Part shown: in pieces, positions 24,702-37,614 of the stretch
Layout of the letters: each line of letters begins with the position of its first letter
How positions within the stretch are numbered: the first letter of the stretch is position 1
Assembly: GCF_947568905.1 (NCBI RefSeq)
Contig: NC_079164.1
Span: 108,996,001-109,060,000, forward strand
From: Ostrea edulis
Lineage: Eukaryota
Direction of reading: 5' to 3'
Length of the DNA: 64,000 nucleotides
Program-made: the position numbers and the translations under genes
The notes under the pieces: generated by a model
The model's database searches: none
Seen by the model: only the letters and a program-made list of their open reading frames with translations
What the model was told of the DNA's origin: nothing

Positions 24702-26362
24702 GTTCTCTAATCAATAAATAACTACACAATCAGTTCTCTAATCAATAACTACACAATCAGTTCTCTAATCAATAACTACACAATCAATTCTCTAATCAAT
24801 AACTACACAATCAGTTCTCTAATCAATAACTACACAATCAACTCTCTAATCAATGACTACACAATCAGTTCTCTAATCAATAACTACACAATCAGTTCTC
24901 TAATCAATAACTACACAATCAATAACTACACAATCAATAACTACACAATCAACTCTCTAATCAATAACTACACAATCAGTTCTCTAATCAATAACTACAC
25001 AATCAATGACTACACAATCAGTTCTCTAATCAATAACTACACAATCAATTCTCTAATCAATAACTACACAATCAGTTCTCTAATCAATAACTACTCAATC
25101 AGTTCTCTAATCAATAACTACACAATCAGTTCTCTAATCAATAACTACACAATCAGTTCTCTAATCAATAACTACACAATCAATTCTCTAATCAATAACT
25201 ACACAATCAGTTCTCTACTCAATCAATAACTACACAATCAGTTCTCTAATCAATAACTACACAATCAGTTCTCTAATCAATAACTACACAATCAGCTCTC
25301 TAATCAATAACTACACAATCAGCTCTCTAATCAATAACTACACAATCAGTTCTCTAATCAATAACTACACAATCAGTTCTCTAATCAATAACTACACAAT
25401 CAGTTCTCTAATCAATAACTACACAATCAGTTCTCTAATCAATAACTACACAATCAATTCTCTAATCAATAACTACACAATCAGTTCTCTAATCAATAAC
25501 TACACAATCAGTTCTCTAATCAATAACTACACAATCAGTTCTCTAATCAATAACTACACAATCAGTTCTCTAATCAATAACTACACAATCAATTCTCTAA
25601 TCAATAACTACACAATCAGTTCTCTAATCAATAACTACACAATCAGTTCTCTAATCAATAACTACACAATCAGTTCTCTAATCAATAACTACACAATCAG
25701 TTCTCTAATCAATAACTACACAATCAGTTCTCTAATCAATAACTACATAATCAGTTCTCTAATCAATAACTACACAATCAGCTCTCTAATCAATAACTAC
25801 ACAATCAGTTCTCTAATTAATAACTACACAATCAGTTCTCTAATCAATAACTACACAATCAGTTCTCTAATCAATAACTACACAATCAATAACTACACAA
25901 TCAGTTCTCTAATCAATAACTACACAATCAATAACTACACAATCAGTTCTCTAATCAATCAATAACTACACAATCAGTTCTCTAATCAATAACTACTCAA
26001 TCAGTTCTCTAATTAATAACTACACAATCAGTTCTCTAATCAATAACTACACAATCAGTTCTCTAATCAATAACTACTCAATCAGTTCTCTAATCAATAA
26101 CTACACAATCAACTCTCTAATAAATAACTACATAATCAGTTCTCTAATCAATAACTACACAATCAGTTCTCTAATTAATAACTACACAATCAGTTCTCTA
26201 ATCAATAACTACACAATCAGTTCTCTAATCAATGACTACACAATCAGTTCTCTAATCAATAACTACACAATCAGTTCTCTAATTAATCAATAACTACACA
26301 ATCAGTTCTCTAATCAATAACTACTCAATCAGTTCTCTAACCAATCAATAACTACACAATCT
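24702..26362. repeat. 27-bp minisatellite array, about 60 units
   Basis: Unit TTCTCTAATCAATAACTACACAATCAG with occasional shortened variants. Confidence 0.95.
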
Positions 26363-27637
26363 TTTCAAGAGCTTTGCTCTACTTTCACTAGTAATGGTAG
26401 AGACTACAGTGCAACGGAATATATATCCATTTGCATTAATTTTTGTATGGTATACAAAATGATACGACTTCTGTTTCATTTGTGTTTTTCCATTCGTTAT
26501 ATATTCTTTCTGTTTCTTTCGTATTGTTTTCAATTTATATTGTGTATTTTTATATTTGAAGCGTTTCCATTAGTATTGTATGGTTTTAAATCCCACCATT
26601 CTCATCTATATGAACTTTTTCTATTTGTTTTAAATATTTCTTTGTATTCTTTAATTTGTATTGCATTTTCTTTTGCATTTTGCAATAAATTATTTGTAAT
26701 CTATAATCCTTCATTTGTTCTTGTTAATAAATTTTATTTCTATTCGGTGTTTCTCTCTGTGAACTTATTCAAAGAATAAGTGTCTGGATGTATTATGAAG
26801 GCATAAAAGCAATCGAAGCATGGGGTAATGACAGGTTACCATATACATGTATCTCCAATGCTTTTACACAATACAACACAATACAAACAACCTAGATATC
26901 TATACTTTATGTCAGAGACAACATATTTTGTCATTTGTTTCTTTTTATTGAAGATTCAATGTTTTATGTAATGATAAATCGCATAAAGCGGATTATTTCT
27001 TACCGTCCAATATAACACATTCCTTCCTATTACATAAATCTGATATACTTCTTTTCTTCACATTTCATTTTTCAACCTGTTTAATGAAATTAAAACACCG
27101 GTATATAAACTTCATAGAGATATGAGATGGCCTAAAAATTACAACATCACGTGCAAAGTTACTTTCAATTCCTGTTTAATTTCGTCCTTAATCTGCTGAA
27201 AAGATTATTGTTGTAAAAAACAAAATTGAAATATCTCTTCGAATTTTATTTACTATCTTATACTTGTAAACTAATCATACATAAAATTGAAGTATATGAC
27301 GCTTATTTTCATAAGAAAAACTGCTAGAATGTATGATATATACAACACTATGCTAAGTACATATCCTTTTAAAAATGTTTGACATATATGGACGCTGACT
27401 CAAAGAATCAAAAGAATGTACAATTCATGAATAAAAGAAGGTGACACGTGTTCAGGATGTCCAGGATACCTTCGAACACATAAAAAGACACTATTTGTTG
27501 AGAATACTTTTCATAATGTGTGTGATCTAAAGAAACCAAACGTGTAAACGTGTCAGGTTAAGATGTCAACAACCAAGTCATGTAAAATTTTGTCCAATCC
27601 ACACTTTTGACTCCGGAAATTCAATGTAACTCATAAG

Positions 27638-27645
27638 TATATAAA
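27638..27645 (+). promoter_or_regulatory. TATA box of gene B1
   Basis: TATATAAA followed by a non-coding exon ending AAAG|gtaagt at 27719; same arrangement in B2. Confidence 0.75.
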
Positions 27646-27835
27646 CCCGCCTGGAAAGAGATTCCGTACAGAGTTCTACTTCTCCTATTGGAATAACTCA
27701 GTCTACCACTTCATCAAAGGTAAGTAGTTGGTAGCATTTCCACTCTGTAAATTTAATGGAAAAAAAACCTAATTGGACAATGAATGTACCATACAAATCG
27801 TTCTTCATTCTCTAGAACTCCATTTTGAATTTCAG

Positions 27836-29337
27836 ATGGCATCTTTCCTTTACGCTGTATCTGCCGCTTTGGCCGTCGCTATGGTCAGTGCTAGAGCTTA
27901 TGGCCCAGGTATGTATATTTGGCACGCTGTTTTTGGCTATATTTAGCTCTAAAACTTCATAGTTATTTCGGATTTCAAACATTTCGGTTGAGCATCACTG
28001 AAGAGACATTATTTGTCAAAATGCGCATCTGGTGCATCAAAATTGGTACTGTATAAGTTTTACATAACTACATATGATGTTAACTGAGTAATGAAGCAGT
28101 GTATACCAATGAATGGATATGTGCCCAAAGAAAGAAAAATGCTTTCAGAATGAGTGAATAACGCTCTTTCTTCATTATTTGATTTCTTTTTCTTGATCTT
28201 TGATAAATTACTTTTTCTCAGGTGGTAATGGTAACAGAATGCCCTCTGGAATGGGAAGTGGTATGATGTCAATGGGAGCCATGGGAGGCAATATGCCAGC
28301 AGGTGCAATGAATGGTGCACCCATGATGAACGCTGCACCCATGATGGCAATGAACGCTGCACCCATGATGAACGCTGCACCCATGATGCCAATGAACGCT
28401 GCACCCATGATGAACGCTGCACCCATGATGCCAATGAACGCTGCACCCATGATGAACGCTGCACCCATGATGAACGCTGCACCCATGATGGCAATGAACG
28501 CTGCACCCATGATGCCAATGAACGCTGCACCCATGATGAACGCTGCACCCATGATGAATGCTGCACCCATGATGAACGCTGCACCCATGATGCCAATGAA
28601 CGGTGGGGCTATGAACGGAGCCATGAAAGCAATTGGTAAAATGATGAAAGCCGCTGCCATGGGTGGAATGCCTTCAATGGGAGGTATGATGCCAATGCCA
28701 ATGGAAGCCATGATGGGAGCTGGAAACATGGGAGCCATGAGCCCAACTGACATGGGCGCCATGATGAACATGGGAGCTATGGGTAACATGGGATCTATGG
28801 GAGGTAGGTTAATATCATATAATGTAATATACATGTACATCATTAAAATAGATGGATTTAGCAAAATAACCAAACAACCTGCGTTTTTATCATAAAAAAT
28901 CCAAGTGCAGTGTCCGTCAACAATCTGTTCATTTCCCCATATTGTTTTGGGAAGTCTTAATCCCTTCCTATTTAATTACTAGTACTACAGTTTTGTAAAC
29001 TATCAGTTTACATTAGAGTTGCAAAACTTTTCTTGTTCATATTGATATAACTGTGAAATAAATCTGCCCAACTGAAATATACATAATAGTACACAAACGG
29101 TGTGTACAAAATATGTCAGGGACTACGTGTTAAGAAATAAGCGCTTTGATATCAAATACGTTGTTCAATGTCATTGATACATTATTACTTTTTATTACAG
29201 GTATGGGAATGAAATGTAAGTATTTTTTTTAAAGTATGAACAGAATGAACAGTTATATTTAGATAATACACAAACGTTGATATAATATGATATGACATTA
29301 TATGGTATTATTTTATATTCTTTCAGCTAGATACTAA
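27836..29337 (+). CDS. Gene B1: secreted Met/Ala/Pro/Gly-rich protein, 226 aa
   Basis: Exons 27836-27908 (MASFLYAVSAALAVAMVSARAYGP), 28222-28803 (MMNAAP/MMPMNAAP repeats), 29201-29215 (microexon GMGMK), 29327-29337 (SRY*); phase-1 GT-AG introns; AATAAA near 29398. Confidence 0.9.
27988..28040 (+). ncRNA. Minimal type I hammerhead motif with G12-to-A core mutation, in the B1 intron after the signal-peptide exon
   Basis: CUGAAGA GACA-UUAUU-UGUC AAAA UGCGCAUC; within an insertion of about 142 bp (27922-28063) absent from the paralogous B2 intron. Confidence 0.75.
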
Positions 29338-29951
29338 AAGTAGCTGACTAATACTCAACATCTCTCAGGACCATCTACATGTATTCATCGTGCATATAAT
29401 AAAGACCTGCAATAACAAGCTGTATTTTTATTTTATGAAGCAGAAAAACATATATTCATATATGATATTGTTAGTTGATAGAACCAAATGTACCTAAAAT
29501 GGAAGAGTCAACGAAGATATGAAAAATGCATGCGTTTTAAACTGGGCAGACAATGTACAATGTCAAGCAAATATAGCAACGCGAACAAGAATTTGTCTTC
29601 AATTGTGATATACATCTATATGAGTAGCAAAGATGATGTGGTATGCTAGGAAAAAGGTGTTTCAAAATCAGATAAAATTTGAATTGTTCACTGAACTGAG
29701 CGTCCCATTGACCAAGACCGTGAATAGTTCATTTTCATAGAGGATCATTACCAAACCTAATTAAACAATTTTGGCCGCGACATCGCATTTGATGAGGAGC
29801 AAACTACCAAGTACTCGAACATTTGCTTTGGAAAGATATAAAACAAAATATGTTTTCAAATGGCGAAAAAGTTATTTCCATTATTTTTAAATGCATTGAT
29901 AGTTTACATCTACCAAGGAAAATTAAAAAGGCTTCTCCATAGTTGATAAAC

Positions 29952-30180
29952 AAGTGAAGATAACGAACATTCATCAATTTCATAAACCCTATAAAGAATA
30001 CACAATGTAAACATGGAACCCTGAACATACCAAAGATGGGATCGTGTGCTTAGGAGGAGTAAGCATTCCCTGTTGACTGATCATACCTACTGTGAGCCCA
30101 AAATATTGGTCAGGTAAACGGAGTAATCCATAGTGAAAATCAGTATGTAAAGAACGGCCCCACAATTGGTATGAAACAAC
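29952..30180 (-). mobile_element. Degenerate Penelope-like (Naiad) terminal fragment
   Basis: GTGAAGATAACGAACATTCATCAATTTCATAA...CAATTGGTATGAAAC. Confidence 0.75.
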
Positions 30181-30688
30181 AACGATTGATATGTTTATTT
30201 GCCTCTATAGAGAAACCAACATGGCCATGCATTTCAGGGTGCCTCTTGGATTGCGTAGATATCTGTTGATATTGAATACTGATAAACAATGCTGACGTTT
30301 TAAGTTTATCTTAGCATGAGTGTTTTGTCTTTAATGTTTATGATAACTGTGTTATGTTTAATAGTACTTGGTATATAATAGGTTTCCCCACATACCTAAA
30401 GGTAAAAAATTTTCTTGTTACTTGAAACTATTCTAGATACATGTTCGTACTTTCTGATTATTTGCCCTGTCTTTCACAGTTTAAAGTGAAGAGAAGAAAA
30501 ATAATAAATTACTTGATGAAAAGTGAAGATAACGAACAGTGATCGATCTCATAACTCCTATAAGCAATACTTGATAAATATTATACAAGTATTGAGATTT
30601 TTTAGGTCAATACGACAACTTAGCTACCTACAGGGGAACTAAATAATCATATTGACATAAAAAAAATTGTCAATTATCTTTCATCATG

Positions 30689-30956
30689 TGATTGATTGAT
30701 TGAATATTGTTTAACGTCCCTCTCGAGAATATTTCACTCATATGGAGACGTCACCACTGCCGGTGAAGGGCTGCAAAATTTAGGCCTATGCTCGGCGCTT
30801 ATGGCCTTTCAGCAGAGAAGGATGTTTATCGTGCCACACCTGCTGTGACACGGGACCTCTGTTTTTGCGGTCTCATCCGAAGGACCGCCCCATTTAGTCG
30901 CCTTCTACGACAAGCAAGGGATACTGAGGACCTATTCTAACCCGGATCCCCACGGG
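30689..30956 (-). mobile_element. Full-length SINE, same family as 379-643
   Basis: Minus strand CCCGTGGGGATCCGGGTTAGAATAGGTCC...GGGACGTTAAACAATATTCAATCAATCAATCA. Confidence 0.85.
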
Positions 30957-31391
30957 ATGTCGAATAATAGCATGATTCAAAATTCATCTTTATTGAGGAA
31001 CACAAGTTTTCCCAAGATTTTAGTACTAAGTTATATGGCCTTCTTAACATCTGCTGCAAGACCTTCTCAAAGTGATAGAGACGCGAGTTTTCATTGGACG
31101 ACCAAAATTGATAACCATTCGTATAAATTTGGAAAACAAATGATGTATTCGCCTCGAAAGCATTTAGATGCGACTACAACGTTTTTATTTATTTTTATTT
31201 TTCTAGTTTGTTGGATCTCTGCCATTCAGAAAGTTCGAATGTACAAGTATTCAACTACATAATAATTCAAAAATATTCATAAGCTGCAGGAAATGGAATC
31301 ACCGAACACCTCGAACATAAAATATTCTTGGAACGCTATTTCATGTACGCTTCTTCGATGCAATTAAACAGTTACGTATTATCTCAAGATT

Positions 31392-31610
31392 ACTTACTTA
31401 CTTAATCCTCTTCGTGCTAGGAAGCACATAAGGCCTTCACTGAGGATCGCCATCTCTGTCTGTCTGCTGCCATGTTCTGAATCCGGCCCCAAGTCCAGCC
31501 ACACTCCTTCATCTCTTTCTCTACTGATCGCCGCCATGTTTCCTTTGGTCTCCCTCTATTTCTCTTTCCTGCTGGTGTCCATCTCATGGCTATCTTTGGG
31601 ATCTCAAGAT
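31392..31610 (-). mobile_element. RTE-clade LINE 3' end
   Basis: MRWTPAGKRNRGRPKETWRRSVEKEM...AADRQRWR followed by a (TAAG)n tail. Confidence 0.85.
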
Positions 31611-32139
31611 TATGAAATATAAAAGAGGAAGGAAATCGATATTGATTGTAAATCGAATAAGAAAATATCGGATTCATGATATGCATGCGATTATCAAATG
31701 TTTTCGCACATTGTTTCGAATATTATGCGATTTAATTTCGCCTATATTTTATGTGACAATCAGAGATTTATGTAATGTGTTGAAAAGACAGTATGTATAC
31801 TCGTATTTGATGGTTTTAATAAACAAAATTATCAGTTTCTTTTGCCGTTTATATTTTGTCCTAAACCTGTTTGACTGAAATCGGAGATTTTACTGCTTTG
31901 TAGCCTTTCATACTGCAACAGAGAGCTCTATTAAAAGTAGGACAATTCGTTGAGTAAAGTAGTCACATCGAATGGACTGGTACAATTATATGAATCTTCC
32001 TTCCTGTTTACTGTCGGAATGCCTGCCTCTGAACTAGTCTCTGTCGGAACGCATATCCTGTGAACTTGTCACTGTCGGAACGCATATCCGTTGAGCTTGT
32101 CGCTCTTGGAATGTATGTCTGAACATGTCCCTATCAGAA

Positions 32140-32395
32140 TGGCTGCTCAGTGGTTAGAGTTTTCGCTGTGTAACCTAGACGTAGTGATTGCTCCTTCGCC
32201 GAATGCTCGGCATTTAGAGATGAGAGTTGCGGGTCTTTCGCATGAGACCTTAAAAACGGAGGTCCCATGTCTCGGCAGGCGTTAACTCGTTAAAGAACCC
32301 TCACCACTGCTACACTAAGCTCCATAGGACTTCACCTACAGCTGGTGACGCCTTGATATGAGTTTACAATTCCTGAAGACACGTGAAATAAATAA
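32140..32395 (+). mobile_element. Degenerate Meta-like SINE
   Basis: GTGATTGCTCCTTCGCCGAATGCTCGGCATTTAGA...AAAAACGGAGGTCCC. Confidence 0.75.
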
Positions 32396-32507
32396 GAAAA
32401 TCTTTGAACTTGTCACTATTGGAATGCGTACGTTCTGAATTTTTCCCTTCTGAATGTCTACATTCTGAGTGGAACAGTTTCACCGACTGGACTTACACAG
32501 AGTTATG

Positions 32508-33545
32508 TATCTTCCAGTCCCTACAACTGGTCTACTAGTCCTCAGATCTTCCAGTCCCTACAACTGTTCTACTAGTCCTCAGATCTTCCACTCCCTACAA
32601 CTGGTCTACTAGTCTTCAGATCTTCTAGTCCCTACAACTGGTCTACTAGTCCTCAGATCTTCTAGTCCCTACAACTGGTCTACTAATCCTCAGATCTTCT
32701 AGTCCCTACAACTGGTCTACTAGTCCTCAGATCTTCCAGAAACTACAACTGGTCTACTAATCCTCAGATCTTCTAGTCCCTACAACTGGTCTACTAGTCC
32801 TCAGATCTTCCAGAAACTACAACTGGTCTACTAGTCCTCAGATCTTCTAGTCCCTACAACTGGTCTACTAGTCCTCAGATCTTCCAGAAACTACAACTGG
32901 TCTACTAGTCCTCAGATCTTCTAGTCCCTACAACTGGTCTACTAGTCCTCAGATCTTCCAGAAACTACAACTGGTCTACTAGTCCTCAGATCTTCTAGTC
33001 CCTACAACTGATCTACTAGTCCTCAGATCTTCCACTCCCTACAACTGGTCTACTAGTCTTCAGATCTTCTAGTCCCTACAACTGGTCTACTAATCCTCAG
33101 ATCTTCTAGTCCCTACAACTGGTCTACTAGTCCTCAGATCTTCCAGAAACTACAACTGGTCTACTAGTCCTCAGATCTTCCTGTCCCTACAACTGATCTA
33201 CTAATCCTCAGATCTTCCAGTCCTTACAACTGTTCTACTAGTCCTCAGATCTTCCAGTCCCTACAACTGATCTACTAATCCTCAGATAGTCCTGTCCCTA
33301 CAACTGATCTACTAATCCTCAGATCTTCCAGTCCCTACAACTGGTCTACTAGTCCTCAGATCTTCCTGTCCCTACAACTGATCTACTAATCCTCAGATCT
33401 TCCAGTCCCTACAACTGATCTACTAATCCTCAGATATTCCTGTCCCTACAACTGATCTACTAATCCTCAGATCTTCCAGTCCCTACAACTGTTCCACTAG
33501 TCCTCAGATCTTCCAGTCCCTACAACTGATCTACTAGTCCTCAGA
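32508..33545. repeat. 37-bp minisatellite, about 28 units, with alternating 36/37-bp variants
   Basis: Unit CTTCCAGTCCCTACAACTGGTCTACTAGTCCTCAGAT. Confidence 0.95.
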
Positions 33546-34149
33546 TGGATGGATAAGCATAGATATGTATCTGTTATAGACCTTCAAAAGCTGAGTATGC
33601 CCTGTCATGTTCAAGATCTGATTGTATGGCGAGATTTATATAAACTTGTAAGCTTGAAAAGATGTACTTATTGATAAATTATTTCATCTGAAATCGTTAC
33701 CCCTTGTTTTCCAACATAAACTGAAATAATCTTTAATACACCAACACTTTTATTAGTATTACAAGATCACTCGCGTTGTACGTAAATATCTTACAAAAAT
33801 AGAAATCATATATCAACAATCCATTACTTCGCTTTCGTTGATCACTTATCTTTGAGAAGAATAAATATACTGTAGATGGACAGCTAGACTGCTATTGGTC
33901 ATGCAGATGTTTCTCAGACGACCCATCAATAAGCATAAAAATCATAATAATTAGCATATTACCTGTCGATATGCATAGCATTTGGCAATAAGCATGACAC
34001 CTGTCAATAAGCATGACACCTGTCAATAAGCATACTACATACTGCATATACTTGTCAATAAGCATACTACCTATTAATAAACATATCTGCTGATAAGCAT
34101 AGCACCTATAATTAAGCTTAGCACATATCAATAAACATAGTACATATCA

Positions 34150-34990
34150 ATAACCATATCACCTATCAATACACATACCACTTATCAATACACATACCAC
34201 TTATCAATACACATACCACTTATCAATACACATACCACCTATCAATACACATACCACTTATCAATACACATACCACTTATCAATACACATACCACTTATC
34301 AATACACATACCACTTATCAATATGCATACCACTTATCAATACACATACCACTTATCAATATGCATACCACCTATCAATACGCATACCACTTATCAATAC
34401 ACATACCACTTATCAATACACATACCACTTATCAATATGCATACCACTTATCAATACACATACCACTTATCAATATGCATACCACCTATCAATACGCATA
34501 CCACTTATCAATACGCACATCATCTAATCAATATACATACCACCTATCCATAAGCATACCACCTATCAATAATCACATCATATAATCAATATGCATACCA
34601 CCTATCCATAAGCATACCACCTATCAATAAGCACATCTTCTAATCAATATGCATACCACCTATCCATATGCATACCACCTATCAATAAGCACATTATCTA
34701 ATCAATATGCATACCACCTATCCATAAGCACACCACCTATCAATAAGCACATCATCTAATCAATATGCATACCACCTATCAATAAGCATACCACCTATCA
34801 ATAAGCATACCACCTATCAATAATCATACCACCTATCAATAATCATACCACCTATCAATAAGCATACCACTTATCAATAAGCACACCATCTAATTAATAA
34901 GCATACCACCTATCAATACGCATACCACCTATCAATAATCATACCACCTATCAATACGCATACCATCTAATCAATAAGTAGCCCACCTAA
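34150..34990. repeat. 19-bp minisatellite with degenerate edges
   Basis: Unit TTATCAATACACATACCAC. Confidence 0.92.
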
Positions 34991-35236
34991 TCAATAAGCT
35001 TATTATACCGGTTTTATATTGTCGGTAACATATACCTCTTTTAACTATGGTTTTTATGTGCATTCATTCAATCATTGATAGTACATTCAATTCAATTATA
35101 TCTATGCTATCAACAATTCAATGAATGCACCCAATAATTAAGAATTGAAGATATTAATTATTTGAAGAGACCTTTAATTGAATTGTTGCGCGAATCAAAT
35201 AAATTGATGATATCTTCAAGTAATTAATTTAGCACT

Positions 35237-35701
35237 TCATTATGGTAACTCGTATGTATGCCTTCATAATGGTAACTCGTATGTATGCCTTCATAATGAT
35301 AACTCGTATGTATGCCTTCATAATGATAACTTGTATGTATGCCTTCATAATGGTAACTCGTATGTATGCCTTCATAATGGTAACTCGTATGTATGCCTTC
35401 ATAATGGTAATTCGTATGTATGCCTTCATAATGGTAACTTGTATGTATGCCTTCATAATGGTAACTCGTATGTATGCCTTCATAATGATAACTCGTATGT
35501 ATGCCTTCATAATGATAACTTGTATGTATGCCTTCATAATGGTAACTCGTATGTATGCCTTCATAATGGTAACTCATATGTATGCCTTCATAATGGTAAT
35601 TCGTATGTATGCCTTCATAATGGTAACTCGTACGTATGCCTTCATAATGGTAACTCGTATGCATGCCTTCATAATGGTAACTCGTATGTATGCCTTCATA
35701 T
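35237..35701. repeat. 27-bp minisatellite, about 17 units
   Basis: Unit CATAATGGTAACTCGTATGTATGCCTT; explains four repetitive ORFs in the track. Confidence 0.95.
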
Positions 35702-35826
35702 AGACCCGTACATAAGAGTAAGTTATACCTTCATACAAATTTCATAATTTTTTTAATGTACCTAATTATTCTGATCATCGAGGACTTTTGACATTCGTGG
35801 ATTAAATGGAAATTTCGCAAAAATCT

Positions 35827-36974
35827 GTTTTAGCTCACCAGGACGAATGTCCGGAGAGCTATTGTCATGACGGTGGCGGAGTCGGCGTCACACTTCAAGC
35901 AGGAATAACACACAAGAGAAATCTGACGAATTGGTTTGAAAATAATTTATTGCATATAGTACAAATGGATTGGATACAAGTTTTTACAACTTAAATAATC
36001 TCTATTATACAATGCAATTTATTTACCAAAAGATTGTCATCCAAACAAACATTGTTCAAAACCAGTAATGAATTATGATAAAATATCGTAATAATGATAT
36101 AATAAAATAAATTGTTGATTCAAAACCTTCATAAGTCTGATGAAGTTTTGTACAGCAGTAAAGAATGTTTCGTTTACATCATCTAATAGTAAATCACCCC
36201 CACCCCCCATCGATTGCAATTTAATTGTAGAAATCTGATATGAATGGAAAGTGGAGAATATGTACAATAATATTTAGAAACATACAGTTTCAGTACTGAG
36301 TTTAAACCCTTGCTAGACTCGATCCCACGATCTACAAATGAATAGTTGACTCCTAAACCTACTCAGCTACCAAGCTAGACAATTGAATTTAAAATAATAT
36401 ATACAGGTTATTTTTATTCATGTCTCAAAGGAAAACAGCCCTTATGACGATGTTATTCCCCCAAAGGGAAAATATTTTACCTTGGCTATATCTTTTGAAA
36501 CAAGGAGGATAGGGTTTTGATATTTTACATTATAGATATCTACTGACCAGGCCCATCATTTTTCCGAGACTTATGACCTAGTGACCTTTAATTTGGACTT
36601 TGGCCTACTTTCAAACATTTTACCCTAGGCTATATATTTTGAAGCAAGGGGGAGAAGGCTTTGATATTATACATATATATGCTTAATAACCAAGTCTTTC
36701 TTTTTAACCTAGTATCATTGACCTTGGACTTTGACCTGCTTTTCAAAAACTTCAACATTGGCAATATGTTTTAAACCAGGGGGATATAGCTTTCATATTT
36801 TAAATTAGATGCTTCATGACCAGGCGTTTTATTTCACATCGAGAATTATGACCTAGTGATCTTTACCTTGGAGGTTGACCTACTTTTCAAATATTATTAT
36901 ATCGTTTGAACCAAGGGGGATAGAGTGAGTGCAGTCACGCTTCTGGCGAGCTATATTGTCTTCTGACAACTCTT
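35827..36974. mobile_element. Helentron-like non-autonomous element with internal tandem repeats of about 150 bp
   Basis: Termini TTTTAGCTCACC... and ...GCGAGCTATTGTCTTCTGACAACTCTT resemble oyster Helitron-N/HINE ends; repeated GACCTAGTGACCTT blocks at 36480-36925. Confidence 0.6.
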
Positions 36975-37428
36975 CTAACGCTTCATATGTACGTTTTCTA
37001 AAACCACGAAAGGTTTTGATTAAACAAATATAACCCGTGTTTTTCTTAATTTGAAGGTGATAATAGTTTAGTTCAAATAAAACTTAATTGTCTGGTTTTC
37101 GAACAACAAACTATCTAAGTGTTTTCAATATAAGTACTTTTTTAAGATCCAGCTATAGAATGCTCAATGTTTTCCATCTACTTACCTTACATTAATTTTT
37201 TCACCCTTGTTCTTACATTTTATGGGAACAGCTTTTACACTCTTACATAATCACGAATTAATGTACATGTATCTGAACAACTACTTCAAGTTTATTTTCA
37301 CACACTATGTGTGGGATCTAGAGGAAATCAAGGCGTAAACTTGTCAGGTTAAGATGTCAAACAACAAAGTCATGTAAAATTATACTCAATTAACGTATCT
37401 TCTCCGGAAATTGATTGAAACAAATAAC

Positions 37429-37435
37429 TATAAAA
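37429..37435 (+). promoter_or_regulatory. TATA box of gene B2
   Basis: TATAAAA followed by a non-coding exon ending AAAG|gtaagt at 37510. Confidence 0.75.
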
Positions 37436-37614
37436 ACCCGTCTGTAAAGCTATTCCGTACAGAGTTCCATTTCTCCGGCTAGAGTAACTCAGTCTACCAC
37501 CTCATTAAAGGTAAGTACAAAGAATGTAGCTAGAGGTATTTTCACTAAGTAAAGTTAAACTACTTCAAAAATGATTTTTTAAAATCGTTCTTTAGAATTT
37601 CATTTGAATTTCAG

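Noticed and set aside
24702-26362. CRISPR-like or coding interpretation of the 27-bp array (and the other minisatellites)
   Set aside because: No unique spacers, eukaryotic context, and unit-length variants break any frame
28060-28873. Minus-strand ORFs over B1 (likewise over B2 at 37810-38464, and plus-strand ORFs over E at 59518-60282)
   Set aside because: Antisense shadows of the repetitive exons
29331-29346. Alternative acceptor CTAG giving B1 tail KYTKSS*
   Set aside because: The paralog B2 has CTGG at that position and must use the first AG, so SRY* is preferred
30880-30956. HDV-like ribozyme at the SINE 5' end (and in the Naiad 3' UTR)
   Set aside because: Could not build a consistent P1/P1.1/P2 nested pseudoknot by hand
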